From contig JADGDD010000008.1 in NCBI GenBank assembly GCA_016745075.1, positions 10,678-74,677 on the forward strand: DNA of 64,000 nt, read 5' to 3'. Under the pieces are notes generated by a model. That model saw only the letters and a list, made by a program, of their open reading frames with translations, ran no database searches and was not told the origin of the DNA. Origin of the DNA: Planctomycetota bacterium (GTDB lineage: Bacteria; Planctomycetota; UBA11346). The translations under genes and the position numbers were made by a program. This document shows positions 42,820-52,900 of this stretch, piece by piece (the first letter of the stretch is position 1; each line of letters begins with the position of its first letter).

Positions 42820-43668
42820 ATGAAACAACTCCTCTTCCTGACCATCACCTGCCTTGTTCTTCTCCTGAGCAGCTGTGGAAACACTACTCATCGCACCCAT
42901 CTCCCGCAAGACACCACCCATACTTCTGACCTTACTCGACTCACCGCAAGTGGTGTGGTAAAAGTGGGTATTAAAGTAGATGCCGCTCCCTTTGGCTACA
43001 CCATTGGTAGTATTAATGCAGGATATGATGTAGATGTTATTGTTGCCGTCTGTAGCCGAATTGGCCTCTCCAACATCAGATTTGTACCAGTAACCAGCAG
43101 CAACCGTTTTGACCTCCTGCAAAGTGGTGCAGTTGATATTGTTATTGCTTCAACCTCTATTACCCGCTCTCGTGAGGCACATGTAGATTTTAGCATTCCT
43201 TATTTCCAAGATGGCCAAGGATTGCTCACCGCGACTACATCAGACATCACCAGTTACCAAGACCTGACCGATAAAAAAGTTGGCTGTGTAACCGGCGCAA
43301 CCAGTGCTGGTATCATTAGTAAAGTTGCACCATCATCTACCGTTGTTCTCTTCCCTGATTACACAGCTCTGACCGCCGCTTTACTTGAAAAAGAAATTGA
43401 CGCTGCCTCATCCGATAGTCTTATTTTAATGGGCATGCAAAACGCCGCTCCAAGTGGCCGCCTCCACCTTGCTGGCCCTATTTTCACCACAGAACCATAC
43501 GGCATCGCCGTTCGTGAAAACCAATCAGACCTACGCGACGCGCTTTCTGGAGCGCTGCAAGACATGTGGGATGCCGGAGAGCTGCAAAACATTATCGATA
43601 TTTGGTTTGGCCCCGCCACCAAATACAAAGGCAATCTTTCATTTACGATGACAACACTTCCTGAATAA
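42820..43668 (+). CDS. Polar amino-acid ABC-type substrate-binding lipoprotein (SBP family 3), orphan
   Basis: Lipobox LLLSSCG; VKVGIKVDAAPFGY...DIVIASTSITRSREAHVDFSIPYF typical of family-3 binding proteins; no permease or ATPase adjacent. Confidence 0.8.
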   Translation: MKQLLFLTITCLVLLLSSCGNTTHRTHLPQDTTHTSDLTRLTASGVVKVGIKVDAAPFGYTIGSINAGYDVDVIVAVCSRIGLSNIRFVPVTSSNRFDLLQSGAVDIVIASTSITRSREAHVDFSIPYFQDGQGLLTATTSDITSYQDLTDKKVGCVTGATSAGIISKVAPSSTVVLFPDYTALTAALLEKEIDAASSDSLILMGMQNAAPSGRLHLAGPIFTTEPYGIAVRENQSDLRDALSGALQDMWDAGELQNIIDIWFGPATKYKGNLSFTMTTLPE

Positions 43669-43720
43669 AAAACACCGCTGGTAAGACCTTTTTACCTCAT
43701 ACAATCGGTATAAAACCCTT

Positions 43721-44086
43721 TTACCGGCCAGCGCCCTCAACAAGCCCTATACCAACAGTCATATCCTGAGTGCTACGATGAGCAGCGGCATCGATTGCAA
43801 AAACCGTCACCTTATACCTGCCATCATCTACAATACCAAAACTACTATCATTCAGTGGCACATTCACACGATATGCGACTGAACTAACATCTGTATCAGC
43901 GTGATTATTCACCGTCACTATAGTGCCAGGGTCAATTGAACCAGCAATCGTGAGGGCCGTAATGTTAAAACTTGGCGCTCTCTCCACAGACGTCGAAGTT
44001 GTATTGTGACTGCTCTTATCAACGCCATCACTGCAACCAGACAAAAAACAAGCCACACAACAGAGCACAATGTGGTGTATACGCAT
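43721..44086 (-). CDS. Small lipoprotein, hypothetical
   Basis: Signal peptide with lipobox FLSGC; beta-rich; no family recognised. Confidence 0.5.
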   Translation of the reverse strand: MRIHHIVLCCVACFLSGCSDGVDKSSHNTTSTSVERAPSFNITALTIAGSIDPGTIVTVNNHADTDVSSVAYRVNVPLNDSSFGIVDDGRYKVTVFAIDAAAHRSTQDMTVGIGLVEGAGR

Positions 44087-44116
44087 AGGTTCTCCCTTTT
44101 CTTTTTCACATATGTT

Positions 44117-44575
44117 TTAGTTATTTGTATCTGGTACCACCTGAACTGGATCAGCTTGCAAAGTAACGACTTCAGTGCTCACTTTTCTCTGATCATCCAT
44201 CATCACTATGATGGCTTTGGTTGCTGGTGCACCTGATGATACCATCACGCTGTACGACCAAACGCCATCATACATTGGAATAGCCTGCACAGCACTCTCA
44301 TTGATACTGATCCCGAATAAGATAACCGCTTCGTTATCACTAACAGTTCCAGAAAGTGTTATGGTTGTTGTCGGTCCCATATTATCACATGCCAAACCCC
44401 AATCTTGCTTCTCTTCCTTACTAACAAAATGGTGACCTCTACCAGCACTAGCAACATCACTGGTAACATCACTGGTAACAATCATGTCTTCAGCAGCAGT
44501 AGGCAGCGCGAGCAAACTACCACCCACACACGATGCCAAAAACAATAGAAGAAAAATTAAAACAAGGTATTTCAT
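44117..44575 (-). CDS. Small lipoprotein, hypothetical
   Basis: Start moved to ATG 44575 (MKYLVLIFLLLFLASC) preceded by AAGGAGG; lipobox LASC. Confidence 0.5.
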   Translation of the reverse strand: MKYLVLIFLLLFLASCVGGSLLALPTAAEDMIVTSDVTSDVASAGRGHHFVSKEEKQDWGLACDNMGPTTTITLSGTVSDNEAVILFGISINESAVQAIPMYDGVWSYSVMVSSGAPATKAIIVMMDDQRKVSTEVVTLQADPVQVVPDTNN

Positions 44576-44716
44576 ACGAAAAATCTCCCTCCTTGACCAA
44601 GACAAGCACACAGACAATTGTCACCCTTATTTTAGGCCCATCCACATATGCTCACATTTATGTGAGAATTACAAGTCTTTTCTGTTATACGTACTACTCA
44701 CCACTATCATTACTTA

Positions 44717-45076
44717 ATGCTATCACCGTTCGGGGATCTTTTTGAGCACTACAGACAACGATCAGGTCTGTCTAAACGGAAGCTTGCCGCAGCAGCTGGC
44801 ATTACCTCAAGCTCTGTAATGACCGATGTTTTGCGTGAACGAGGACAAGGTATCCGTGCCTACGGACCACCTCTGCATGCCTTAGCAATTTGGGCAAAAA
44901 CACTAGAATTGGATCCAATGGAAACCGAATGGTTCTGCTTACTCGGTCGCCTTGAGCATGGCGACCAGATTGCACGAGACCAAGTTATTCAACTATATGA
45001 AGAACTTCGTGCGCATAAGGATGCTGCAATGCACACACAGAGACATGTTGCTGAGCCAACAAAATACCAGCCATAA
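44717..45076 (+). CDS. Putative XRE-type HTH DNA-binding protein
   Basis: N-terminal RQRSGLSKRKLAAAAGITSSSVMTDV resembles an HTH_XRE helix-turn-helix; weak assignment. Confidence 0.45.
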   Translation: MLSPFGDLFEHYRQRSGLSKRKLAAAAGITSSSVMTDVLRERGQGIRAYGPPLHALAIWAKTLELDPMETEWFCLLGRLEHGDQIARDQVIQLYEELRAHKDAAMHTQRHVAEPTKYQP

Positions 45077-45202
45077 TACTGACCATACCATATCAGCACT
45101 AATCATTCTTATGTTGTCATTGCATGCAGGCCCTGATCACAATTCCTCAGCTTGCATGTAGCAACATCAAGATTCTTATGGGGCAAACTTTAGGAGAGTA
45201 GT

Positions 45203-46156
45203 ATGTACCGTGAGACAATCAAAATTATGGACTGCACCGTTCGTGACGGCGGGCTAATGAATGCATGGCAATTTGATGATGACTTTGTGAAAGGTATTTA
45301 TACCGCCTGTGTTGATGCTGGCATTGATTACATGGAGATTGGCTACAAAAGCAGCGAGCATGCGTACTCACGTGAAGAAAATGGTCCGTGGAAGTTCTGT
45401 GATGAAACCGATTTGCGCCGTATTGTTGGTGACAATAATACAGATCTTAAACTGTCAGCCATGGCTGACATTGGTCGAATTGACGAAGAAGATATTCCAC
45501 AAGCAAGCGACAGCGTCATCGATATGCTGCGCGTCGCTTGTTATACCCATCAGGTAGATAAGGGTATAGCCCTTGCTGAACACGTTTTAGACAAGGGCTA
45601 TGAAACCACGCTTAACATTATGGCTGTTTCTACCACCATGGAACGAGACCTTGATGAAGCGCTAAATGATATTGCTAAGAGCCGTGTGAAAGCAGTTTAT
45701 ATTGTTGATAGCTTTGGTTCAATGTACAGCGAACAAATCCAAAGCCTCTGCGAAAAATACCGCAGTATCTTAGGTGATGATGTCACCCTTGGTTTTCATG
45801 GCCATAACAACCAACAATTGGCCTATGCAAATACAGTTGAAGCCGTTATTCGTGGCGTTGATATGTTAGACGGTTCCTTGCTTGGCATGGGACGTGGAGC
45901 CGGAAACTGCCCTACAGAATTGTTACTCGGCTTTTTGAAAAACCCAAAATACAGTTTACGTCCTGCTCTTCAGGCCATTCAAGACCAGATGATTCCAATG
46001 CAACAAAAAGTAGATTGGGGCTACCACCTCCCCTACATGATTGTTGGCATGCTGAATCAACACCCACGCTCTGCCATGGCCTGCATGGATGGCGACGACC
46101 GTAACAACCTAACCGGATTCTTTGATAAAGTCACAGACGAAGCTATTATTGATTAA
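45203..46156 (+). CDS. HMGL-like (DRE-TIM metallolyase) aldolase family protein, 4-hydroxy-2-oxovalerate aldolase-like
   Basis: IKIMDCTVRDGG N-terminal block; GFHGHNNQQLAYANTVEAV...LGMGRGAGNCPTE metal-site blocks typical of the pyruvate carboxyltransferase/HMGL-like fold. Confidence 0.65.
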   Translation: MYRETIKIMDCTVRDGGLMNAWQFDDDFVKGIYTACVDAGIDYMEIGYKSSEHAYSREENGPWKFCDETDLRRIVGDNNTDLKLSAMADIGRIDEEDIPQASDSVIDMLRVACYTHQVDKGIALAEHVLDKGYETTLNIMAVSTTMERDLDEALNDIAKSRVKAVYIVDSFGSMYSEQIQSLCEKYRSILGDDVTLGFHGHNNQQLAYANTVEAVIRGVDMLDGSLLGMGRGAGNCPTELLLGFLKNPKYSLRPALQAIQDQMIPMQQKVDWGYHLPYMIVGMLNQHPRSAMACMDGDDRNNLTGFFDKVTDEAIID

Positions 46157-46159
46157 ACT

Positions 46160-46533
46160 CCATCTTCGGTGATTTGCTCCTCGGAAAGCGGACGTCCTCG
46201 TCCGCTAGCCACAGTGACATACTTTCGAACAGGGACATTACTGATCTCTTCCTATTCTACCATATATCCTAGGCGGACGGGGACGTCCGCCCTCCGGGCT
46301 ACTAAACCCACGCTCTGCTATCGCAACAACTTCACCAGATTTTTTGATGAAGTTACAGACGAAGCTATTATTGATTAAACTCCGCCCTCGGTGACAGGGA
46401 CATTAGCCCGGAAAGCGGACGTCCTCGTCCGCTAGCGATAGCCCCTGTGAAAATCTTTCAAGCAGGGACATTACTAATCTCTTCCTATTGTATCGTATAT
46501 CCTAGGCGGACGGGGACGTCCGCCCTCCGGGCT
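46160..46533. repeat. REP array 1: two ~190-bp units, each with an inverted REP pair (GCGGACGTCCTCGTCCGC and GCGGACGGGGACGTCCGC); unit 2 begins with a duplicated copy of the upstream gene's last ~44 nt
   Basis: REP-A at 46188-46205 and 46415-46432; REP-B at 46273-46290 and 46506-46523; 46339-46382 repeats 46118-46161 with few mismatches. Confidence 0.8.
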
Positions 46534-47562
46534 TTAACTCAATGCGGTCAAACAATGTTCAGCTCCGTTCGTCGCTCTATCTAAATAGGTCTTTATGTTT
46601 TCCAGTGGGACATCTCCACTAATGCTATGTGATGGCGATAAAATATAACCGCCGCCCGGCATCATTATATTAATCAACTCTTCTGTATCTTTGCGCACAT
46701 CATCTATACTACCAAAGGGCATAGTTTTTTGCACGCTGAGTCCACCCCAAAACGCAAGCTTATTACGGTATTTTTCTCTAAGCTTCCAAATATCCATTGC
46801 TTCTGGTTGGAATGGGTCAAATACATCTACACCGCATTCAACAATATCGTCCATTAAATCTTCTACATTACCACAACAATGAAGACTAACAAGTAGCCCA
46901 GCCTCTTTGGCAACCGCACAACTTTGCGCAAAGCGTGGTTTAATAAATTCTCGCCACATTGGTGGAGAAATAAGCGTACCAAGCTGACTGCCCCAATCAT
47001 CACCAAAGTGCACACAGTCTACACCAAGGGCGGCGGCGTTTTTTATAACGGCATCGTTATACTCGGTAATTTTATCTAATAATTCGTGAATGAATTCTGG
47101 CTCTGCAATGAGATCCATCATAAATTCTTCCATACCATATAAAGCCCAAGCTCGTTCAAAGAGAGAAAAACCAATGCTAACCATATGAAAATGATCTGGA
47201 TACTTTTCTTTATCACGTCGAATGAAATCATAGACGGGAAGATCGTTAGGATTCGGAAATTCATAATCGCCAAATTCTGCATCTTCTAATACTGGCTGAT
47301 CAACGATACCCAGTGTCTTGTCTTGCGTTTTATTCCAGACCACCCCAAAGTAATCTTTAAAATACCCCGGCTTCACTTCTTCCCAGCCGTTATTCGTATG
47401 AGAAGCAACCACACCACTTCCGGTTTCAAGCACAGGATCAAAAGGACGACCAAGAAATCTCTCAATATTCTCTTTCGCTTCTACAGTAAATTTAATAGAA
47501 TGCGGCAATTGTTCTGGTTCTTGATGTGTAATGGCTTGGATAAAGTCGCTACGGTAAGTCAT
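46534..47562 (-). CDS. Uroporphyrinogen decarboxylase (URO-D)-like family protein
   Basis: Typical URO-D family C-terminal region ...LHCCGNVEDLMDDIVECGVDVFDPFQPEAMDIW...; start moved to ATG 47562 preceded by AGGAG (listed ORF extends to 47838 through a hydrophobic, non-homologous leader). Confidence 0.7.
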   Translation of the reverse strand: MTYRSDFIQAITHQEPEQLPHSIKFTVEAKENIERFLGRPFDPVLETGSGVVASHTNNGWEEVKPGYFKDYFGVVWNKTQDKTLGIVDQPVLEDAEFGDYEFPNPNDLPVYDFIRRDKEKYPDHFHMVSIGFSLFERAWALYGMEEFMMDLIAEPEFIHELLDKITEYNDAVIKNAAALGVDCVHFGDDWGSQLGTLISPPMWREFIKPRFAQSCAVAKEAGLLVSLHCCGNVEDLMDDIVECGVDVFDPFQPEAMDIWKLREKYRNKLAFWGGLSVQKTMPFGSIDDVRKDTEELINIMMPGGGYILSPSHSISGDVPLENIKTYLDRATNGAEHCLTALS

Positions 47563-47722
47563 CTTCAGAGCTCCTATCAGGAAAGATATTTCTATAAGGC
47601 GAGCGGCTTTGCTCATCATACATTTTACCTGCACTCCCTTTATGATCAACAAAAAGTACAAGAGATGATCGTTTCTGATCAAAAGCATTGACCCCAAGCA
47701 TTTTATCAGCAAGGATAGTACA

Positions 47723-48148
47723 ATGGAAACAGATGACCTCATCATTTCTAACCGCGTCACCATCCCCCAACGGGAAATAACCATGACGGCAATCCGAGCG
47801 CAGGGTGCCGGTGGCCAACATGTGAACACGTCCTCCACAGCTATCCACCTACAATTTGATATACATGCATCATCATTACCCGCATATTACAAAGAACGAT
47901 TACTCGCCGTAAAAGACAAACGTATTTCAAGCGCAGGTATTATTACCATCAAAGCACAAGAATATCGTAGCCAAGAACAAAATCGTCAACATGCCCTCAA
48001 TAGACTTGCTGACATGATTCGTGCCGTTACCGTTGTTCAGCGTAAACGCATTGCCACACGCCCAAGCAAGGGTTCCAAAACACGACGACTCGACAGCAAA
48101 AACAAGCGTGGTCAATTAAAAGCAAGACGACGCGAACGTTTCGACTAG
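47723..48148 (+). CDS. arfB: Peptidyl-tRNA hydrolase ArfB (alternative ribosome-rescue factor B)
   Basis: GGQ motif in [16 protein letters not shown] and the basic C-terminal tail [14 protein letters not shown]. Confidence 0.85.
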   Translation: METDDLIISNRVTIPQREITMTAIRAQGAGGQHVNTSSTAIHLQFDIHASSLPAYYKERLLAVKDKRISSAGIITIKAQEYRSQEQNRQHALNRLADMIRAVTVVQRKRIATRPSKGSKTRRLDSKNKRGQLKARRRERFD

Positions 48149-48589
48149 TACCATATGTTTGTTCTCAGCCACTATTATATTCATGTCTTGATACGTCGTA
48201 TTATTGATAACCGTTCTACTGCCAAGCAACAATTCAGTTTTCACTGACGAAGGTGGGCGCAAAGTTTTACCGTAGGTTCTCACCTTTAGCACCAGTTCAA
48301 TCATTAACAGTGCTAAAAAAATGAACAAGACAGAACTGCACCGCCTACGCTCAAGCACTCGTAGCTGGGAACACAACAGATCTCCATGCACAGTTTGATA
48401 AGACAATGAAAGGTGCCATTAGTCTTGAACAAATAGAGACACTCTGGATAGAACTTCAAGAAAAAAGCAGACATAGCATTTAATTTGGGAAAGGGGAAGT
48501 TAAAACCATTAACGGGCACCGCACCACAGTGCTCCCTTTGCTGGACGGAAAAACAATCCCTTACAATTTACAGATAACCATCAATAAAA

Positions 48590-48917
48590 CAGCCGCAAGA
48601 CTGGGCATTTTCATTTTACCCGCAAGATGAATAGCTCGGAGAGCGGACGTCCTCGTCCGCTTTGGAGATACGGAAGAGTATCGATGAGGTAGGAGTAATT
48701 CTTGCGCGGATAAAAGGAACAAAGGGCTAACGCTAGCGGACGGGGACGTCCGCTTTCCGGGCTGAGGTAAAAGGAATGCCAGCGGCATGGAGAGAAGCTC
48801 GGAGGGCTAACGCTTTGGAGATACGGAAGAGTATCAATAAGGCGGGAGAAATTCTTGCGCGGATAAAAGGAACAAAGGGCTAACGCTAGCGGACGGGGAC
48901 GTCCGCTTTCCGAGCTG
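48590..48917. repeat. REP array 2 upstream of the RAYT gene; starts with a copy of the RAYT 3' end
   Basis: 48590-48640 matches the last ~50 nt of the RAYT CDS (49489-49539); REP-A at 48643-48660; REP-B at 48736-48753 and 48889-48906; the second unit has lost REP-A. Confidence 0.8.
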
Positions 48918-48960
48918 TATTTTTGCTTGTTTTGGGCTGTCGTCTTCTATTCTTTGATTT

Positions 48961-49539
48961 ATGGCGGTTCATAAAGAATGGTATGATCGTGGACATCTTC
49001 CACATTATGATACGGGAAACTGTTATCAATCTTTGACGTATCGTTTGGGAGATAGCCTCCCGCAAGCTGTTCTACAACACATGAAAAATAACGTGCTTTA
49101 TGAACCAGAACAATACCGACAAAAATTGCTACGTAAACAAATTGAACACTACCTTGATGCGGGGTATGGCTCCTGCCTTCTTGGAGAACCAGCGGCAGCA
49201 CAGGCCGTTATTGATACGTGGAAATACAATGATGGACATGCCTATCGCTTAATTGCTGGCTGTGTTATGCCAAATCATGTGCATGTTCTTATTCAAGAAC
49301 TCAGAGGACATCCGCTTGGTTCGATTATACAAACGTGGAAAAGCTACAGTGCCAGAATTATCAACAAAATATTTGCACGTTCTGGCCAACTGTGGATGCA
49401 AAGTTATTGGGATAGATATATACGCGATGATAAACATTTCTGGCGTACCGTTCATTATATCAGAGATAATCCCGTTCAAGCAGGGCTGGTAAAACAGCCG
49501 CAAGACTGGGCTTTTTCATTGTACCCGCAGGATGAATAG
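48961..49539 (+). CDS. REP-associated tyrosine transposase (RAYT; IS200/IS605-like Y1 HUH transposase)
   Basis: HUH motif PNHVHVLIQ and C-terminal catalytic block SYWDRYIRDDKHFWRTVHYIRDNPVQAGLV; flanked on both sides by REP arrays. Confidence 0.85.
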   Translation: MAVHKEWYDRGHLPHYDTGNCYQSLTYRLGDSLPQAVLQHMKNNVLYEPEQYRQKLLRKQIEHYLDAGYGSCLLGEPAAAQAVIDTWKYNDGHAYRLIAGCVMPNHVHVLIQELRGHPLGSIIQTWKSYSARIINKIFARSGQLWMQSYWDRYIRDDKHFWRTVHYIRDNPVQAGLVKQPQDWAFSLYPQDE

Positions 49540-49835
49540 CTCGGAGAGCGGACCTCCTCGTCCGCTTTGGAGATACGGAAGAATATCGATGAGGCGGGAG
49601 AAATTCTTCCGCGGATGAAAGGAACAAAGGGCTAACGCCTGCGGACGGGGACGTCCGCTTTCCGGGCTGAGGTAAAAGAAATGCCAGCGGCACGGAGGGA
49701 AGCTCGGAGGGCGGACGTCCTCGTCCGCTTTGGAGATACGGAAGAATATCGATGAGGCGGGAGAACCTCTTGCGCGGATGAAAGGAACAAAGGGCTAACG
49801 CCTGCGGACGGGGACGTCCGCTTTCCGGGCTGAGG
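49540..49835. repeat. REP array 3 downstream of the RAYT gene: two ~145-bp units each with REP-A and REP-B
   Basis: REP-A 49548-49565 (variant GCGGACCTCCTCGTCCGC) and 49711-49728; REP-B 49641-49658 and 49804-49821. Confidence 0.8.
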
Positions 49836-49887
49836 TCTTCGTGAGCCCAGAAAGATAACGCTAGCGTTATCTTTCTGGGCTCAACAA

Positions 49888-49930
49888 ACACAGCCTGTGA
49901 CTTTTGTCACAGGCTGTGTTTTATTTTATG
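49888..49930 (+). terminator. Intrinsic terminator (14-bp stem, U-tract), likely bidirectional between the REP-RAYT unit and PFOR
   Basis: acacagcctgtgac-tttt-gtcacaggctgtgt followed by TTTATTTTAT; preceded by a perfect 40-bp palindrome at 49843-49882. Confidence 0.6.
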
Positions 49931-49942
49931 CTCTTGTCGGTG

Positions 49943-52900
49943 CTACAGTGACTTGAGGTATTCTTTTTGTGCTTCGTAGTCGGCGTTGGTTACACCTGCG
50001 CGGCTTTGCAGCATACGCCATGCTTTACGGCGTTCGATACAGAAGAGAACCATTTGACGGGTGATTAAATGGTACACTGGTGTGCCGTCTGCTTTGTAGT
50101 CTATCGCATAGACACCTTTATTGGGAATGTATGCGCGATGTGTTTTATCCAAGAAGCGGCGGTTAACCACATCGTCTTGGGTAATGTTTTTCATCAACTC
50201 GTTCAGCTCAAGGAGGCCATCCACATTGCCATCTTTGATGATTTTGTGGTGATTACGGAAGCGTGCTTCTGTGAAAGCCCAATGCGCGGTGGTGTAGTTA
50301 TATTTTTCTTTAGTGCCTGGGATCTTTTTCGTCATCCAGTCATTCTTACCTTGTGCATTACCTTTAAGGCTGAGTGCTTCGCCGTAGGTTTCACCAAGAC
50401 CAGAGTTAAAGACAAATTCTGGCATACAACGACTATCACGGGCAAGCATGGCTTGGGCTTGTGATGCGTCATCAGCGACACCGTGTTCTGGTTGGCAAGT
50501 GGTGTAGGCTTGGACATAACACGTACCACGGTAGCAAAGACCATCGATAACTGCTTTGTAGAAGTTCGCGCTGTTTGCCATGCTGACCTGTGCAACAAAT
50601 GGTGAACCGTGACCATTCATGAAGATTTCTGAAACAGATTTCTTCTCGGTCAGTTTACCTTCTGTGGCTGGACCAATTTGGTTCATGTCAAATCCACCAG
50701 TCATAACAGAACTATCCGAGTTTTGACCACCAGTGTTTGAGTAAACCTGTGTATCCAACATCAAGATGTTTACGTTTGGACGGTTTTGCAGGACAACTTT
50801 AGACATGTTTTGGAAACCAATGTCACCCATGCCGCCATCACCACCAACTGCCCAGATTTTTGGCAATTCGTTAATTTCAAGATCAGTCATGTACATATCA
50901 GAGAAGTGCGTGTACGTGAAGTAATCCTCTGCGGTGTATCCTTCAGCAAAACTAGCAAGTAAGCTGTCAGCAAGGCGTTCTGGAATAACCGAACGACTAC
51001 CGTGGTTTTGAATAAAGCTTTCCGCTACCAACCAACCAATGGTTACACCGTCTTGGAACAAACTGTTCATCCATGGGTATGGATGCGGGTTATTTGGTGG
51101 GGTAGAACCGTACACACTATTACAACCAGTGTGGGCAGTCATCGCCATAGCGCACATACCGTTTGCCAAGGTACCTTCGATAGTTTGTAGGTCACGATGG
51201 TTAAAGGCATCTTGTGTCAGCACTGCTACAACAGCATCAACTAAATCAGCATCAGAACCATTCCAGTCAGCAAGACGAACGTCGGTGTCTGCTGTATCTG
51301 AACCGCCAAGACCACAAAGCACATGCAGAACAGTACGTTTATATGCTTCGTATCCGGCTTCATCAGCAGCCTTGAATGATTCAAGCGATTTCAATCCAGT
51401 TTCTTTTAATTGTTTAGCTTTGGCAGTTAAACGATCTGCTTTGGCGTGGAACATTGGGCGCATCAAGGTTTCTGTTACGGTAGCGATACCGCGAAGAACA
51501 CTCTTCTCACCACAACCAGCACAGCCGCCGTCACCTGCAAGGAAGCTGGTATATTTGCTACGCAGCATCAAGTGGTAGCGCAGAGCCGCAGCGCGTGTTT
51601 CTGCTGGATTTTCTGCATCAAACATACCAAGGAATTTTTGTGGAGTATCAGCAAGTAGCTTATGGAAGCCTTCTGAGGTTTCCATGTCTGCGTGAATTTC
51701 TTCGGTTTCTGTTGCCATATAGATAGCATCATCACCACAAACATCAACACACTCGCCGCAACCTTTACACTTATCATTAACAGAAATGCTAAAGATACCG
51801 CCAGCGCCTTCTTCTTTCTTCTCAAGCAAGCTAAAGATACTCATGGTACGTTGGTAAGCCCATTTTGTTTTACCAAGAATGGTTTCTACAGCAGCCAATG
51901 CTTCTTTACTTACTGCACTGTCACCTTCTGCACTTTTGGTTAATGCGTTCATTGCAATTTCTGCAAAGCTGGTGCCAGCTTTTTCTGCTACAGATGCTTT
52001 CATAGCATCGCGGGCAAGCGCAGAGGCCGGGATAACATGTTTCAACAGTACTTCACGAGCAGCGTCATCACCAACGTAGTTTTGAACCGCAGTACGGATA
52101 ACCGTGGTAATTTCTTGAGCGCTATTCGGCAAGGCCGTATCTGGGCAAATGCTGATACAGTCCATACATTGGGTACAGTTTTCTGAGACCCAGATTGGCA
52201 CTTCACGACGAGCAACATATTTACTGACGTTTTCTGTGTTACCGGATGCAACATTACCAACAGCAGCGAGTGCGCTGGCTGGCTGATTGTAGCCGTAACC
52301 TGCGCGATATTCGCTATCGAAGTAGCTTGATTTTTGAATGTTTGGACGTGGTTGTTCTACAATTGATGTATCGCAACCAGATGTGGTTGGGCAGATACTA
52401 CCAGAAACAAAGCTTGAACGGTCTGCTGCATCAAGCTTGCCATAGGCAACTTCTTGTAAGGTGCTGAATCCGTCTTCCATTACTTTCATGTTAGAATCAA
52501 CAACAGCATCACCAAAACGGCCAAATTTCTTCACATACTGTGCGCGCACTGTGCTAGCAAAGTTTTCTTCGGTGATTTTGTAGTCGCCAAGGAAGCTAGA
52601 CACTTTAAAGAATGCACCAAGGAACGCGTTACCTTGCATACGAGTTTGCAATTCTGGGCGATCTGTTGCTTCTTTAGCAATGTTAAAGCCAGCAAGTGTG
52701 TAAACTTTAATATTTTTGTCGACAATTTCTTGACGATATTGTGGTGGAATACGTTGCCATGCAACATCAGGCGACTCGCTGCTTTCCCATACAAATGCAC
52801 CGCCTTCACGTAGGCCGTCAAGTGGGTTTGAGTGAAGGAAGATTTTTGGGTCACAGCAGAGAACCACGTTTACGTGACGAAGGTCACAGTTCATACGGAT

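Larger units (their letters stand above)
48590..49835 (+). mobile_element. REP-RAYT unit (RAYT gene flanked by REP doublet arrays)
   Basis: RAYT CDS bracketed by arrays of the same inverted REP pairs, also found downstream of the aldolase gene. Confidence 0.7.

Noticed and set aside
46169-46378. 69-aa ORF on the plus strand
   Set aside because: It spans REP sequences and its C-terminus (FFDEVTDEAIID) merely reflects the duplicated 3' end of the upstream aldolase gene; an artifact of REP-mediated duplication.
48116-48519. ORFs 48116-48406 (-) and 48313-48519 (-) in the arfB-REP gap
   Set aside because: Hydrophobic low-complexity translations antisense to the arfB 3' end and gap DNA; the region is more likely a gene remnant or non-coding.
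48590-49835. Regularly spaced GC-rich repeats that could be mistaken for a CRISPR array
   Set aside because: The repeat units are two alternating inverted palindromic types, the intervening 'spacers' are themselves repeated, whole ~145-bp units are duplicated, and no cas genes are present; the pattern fits REP doublets around a RAYT gene.
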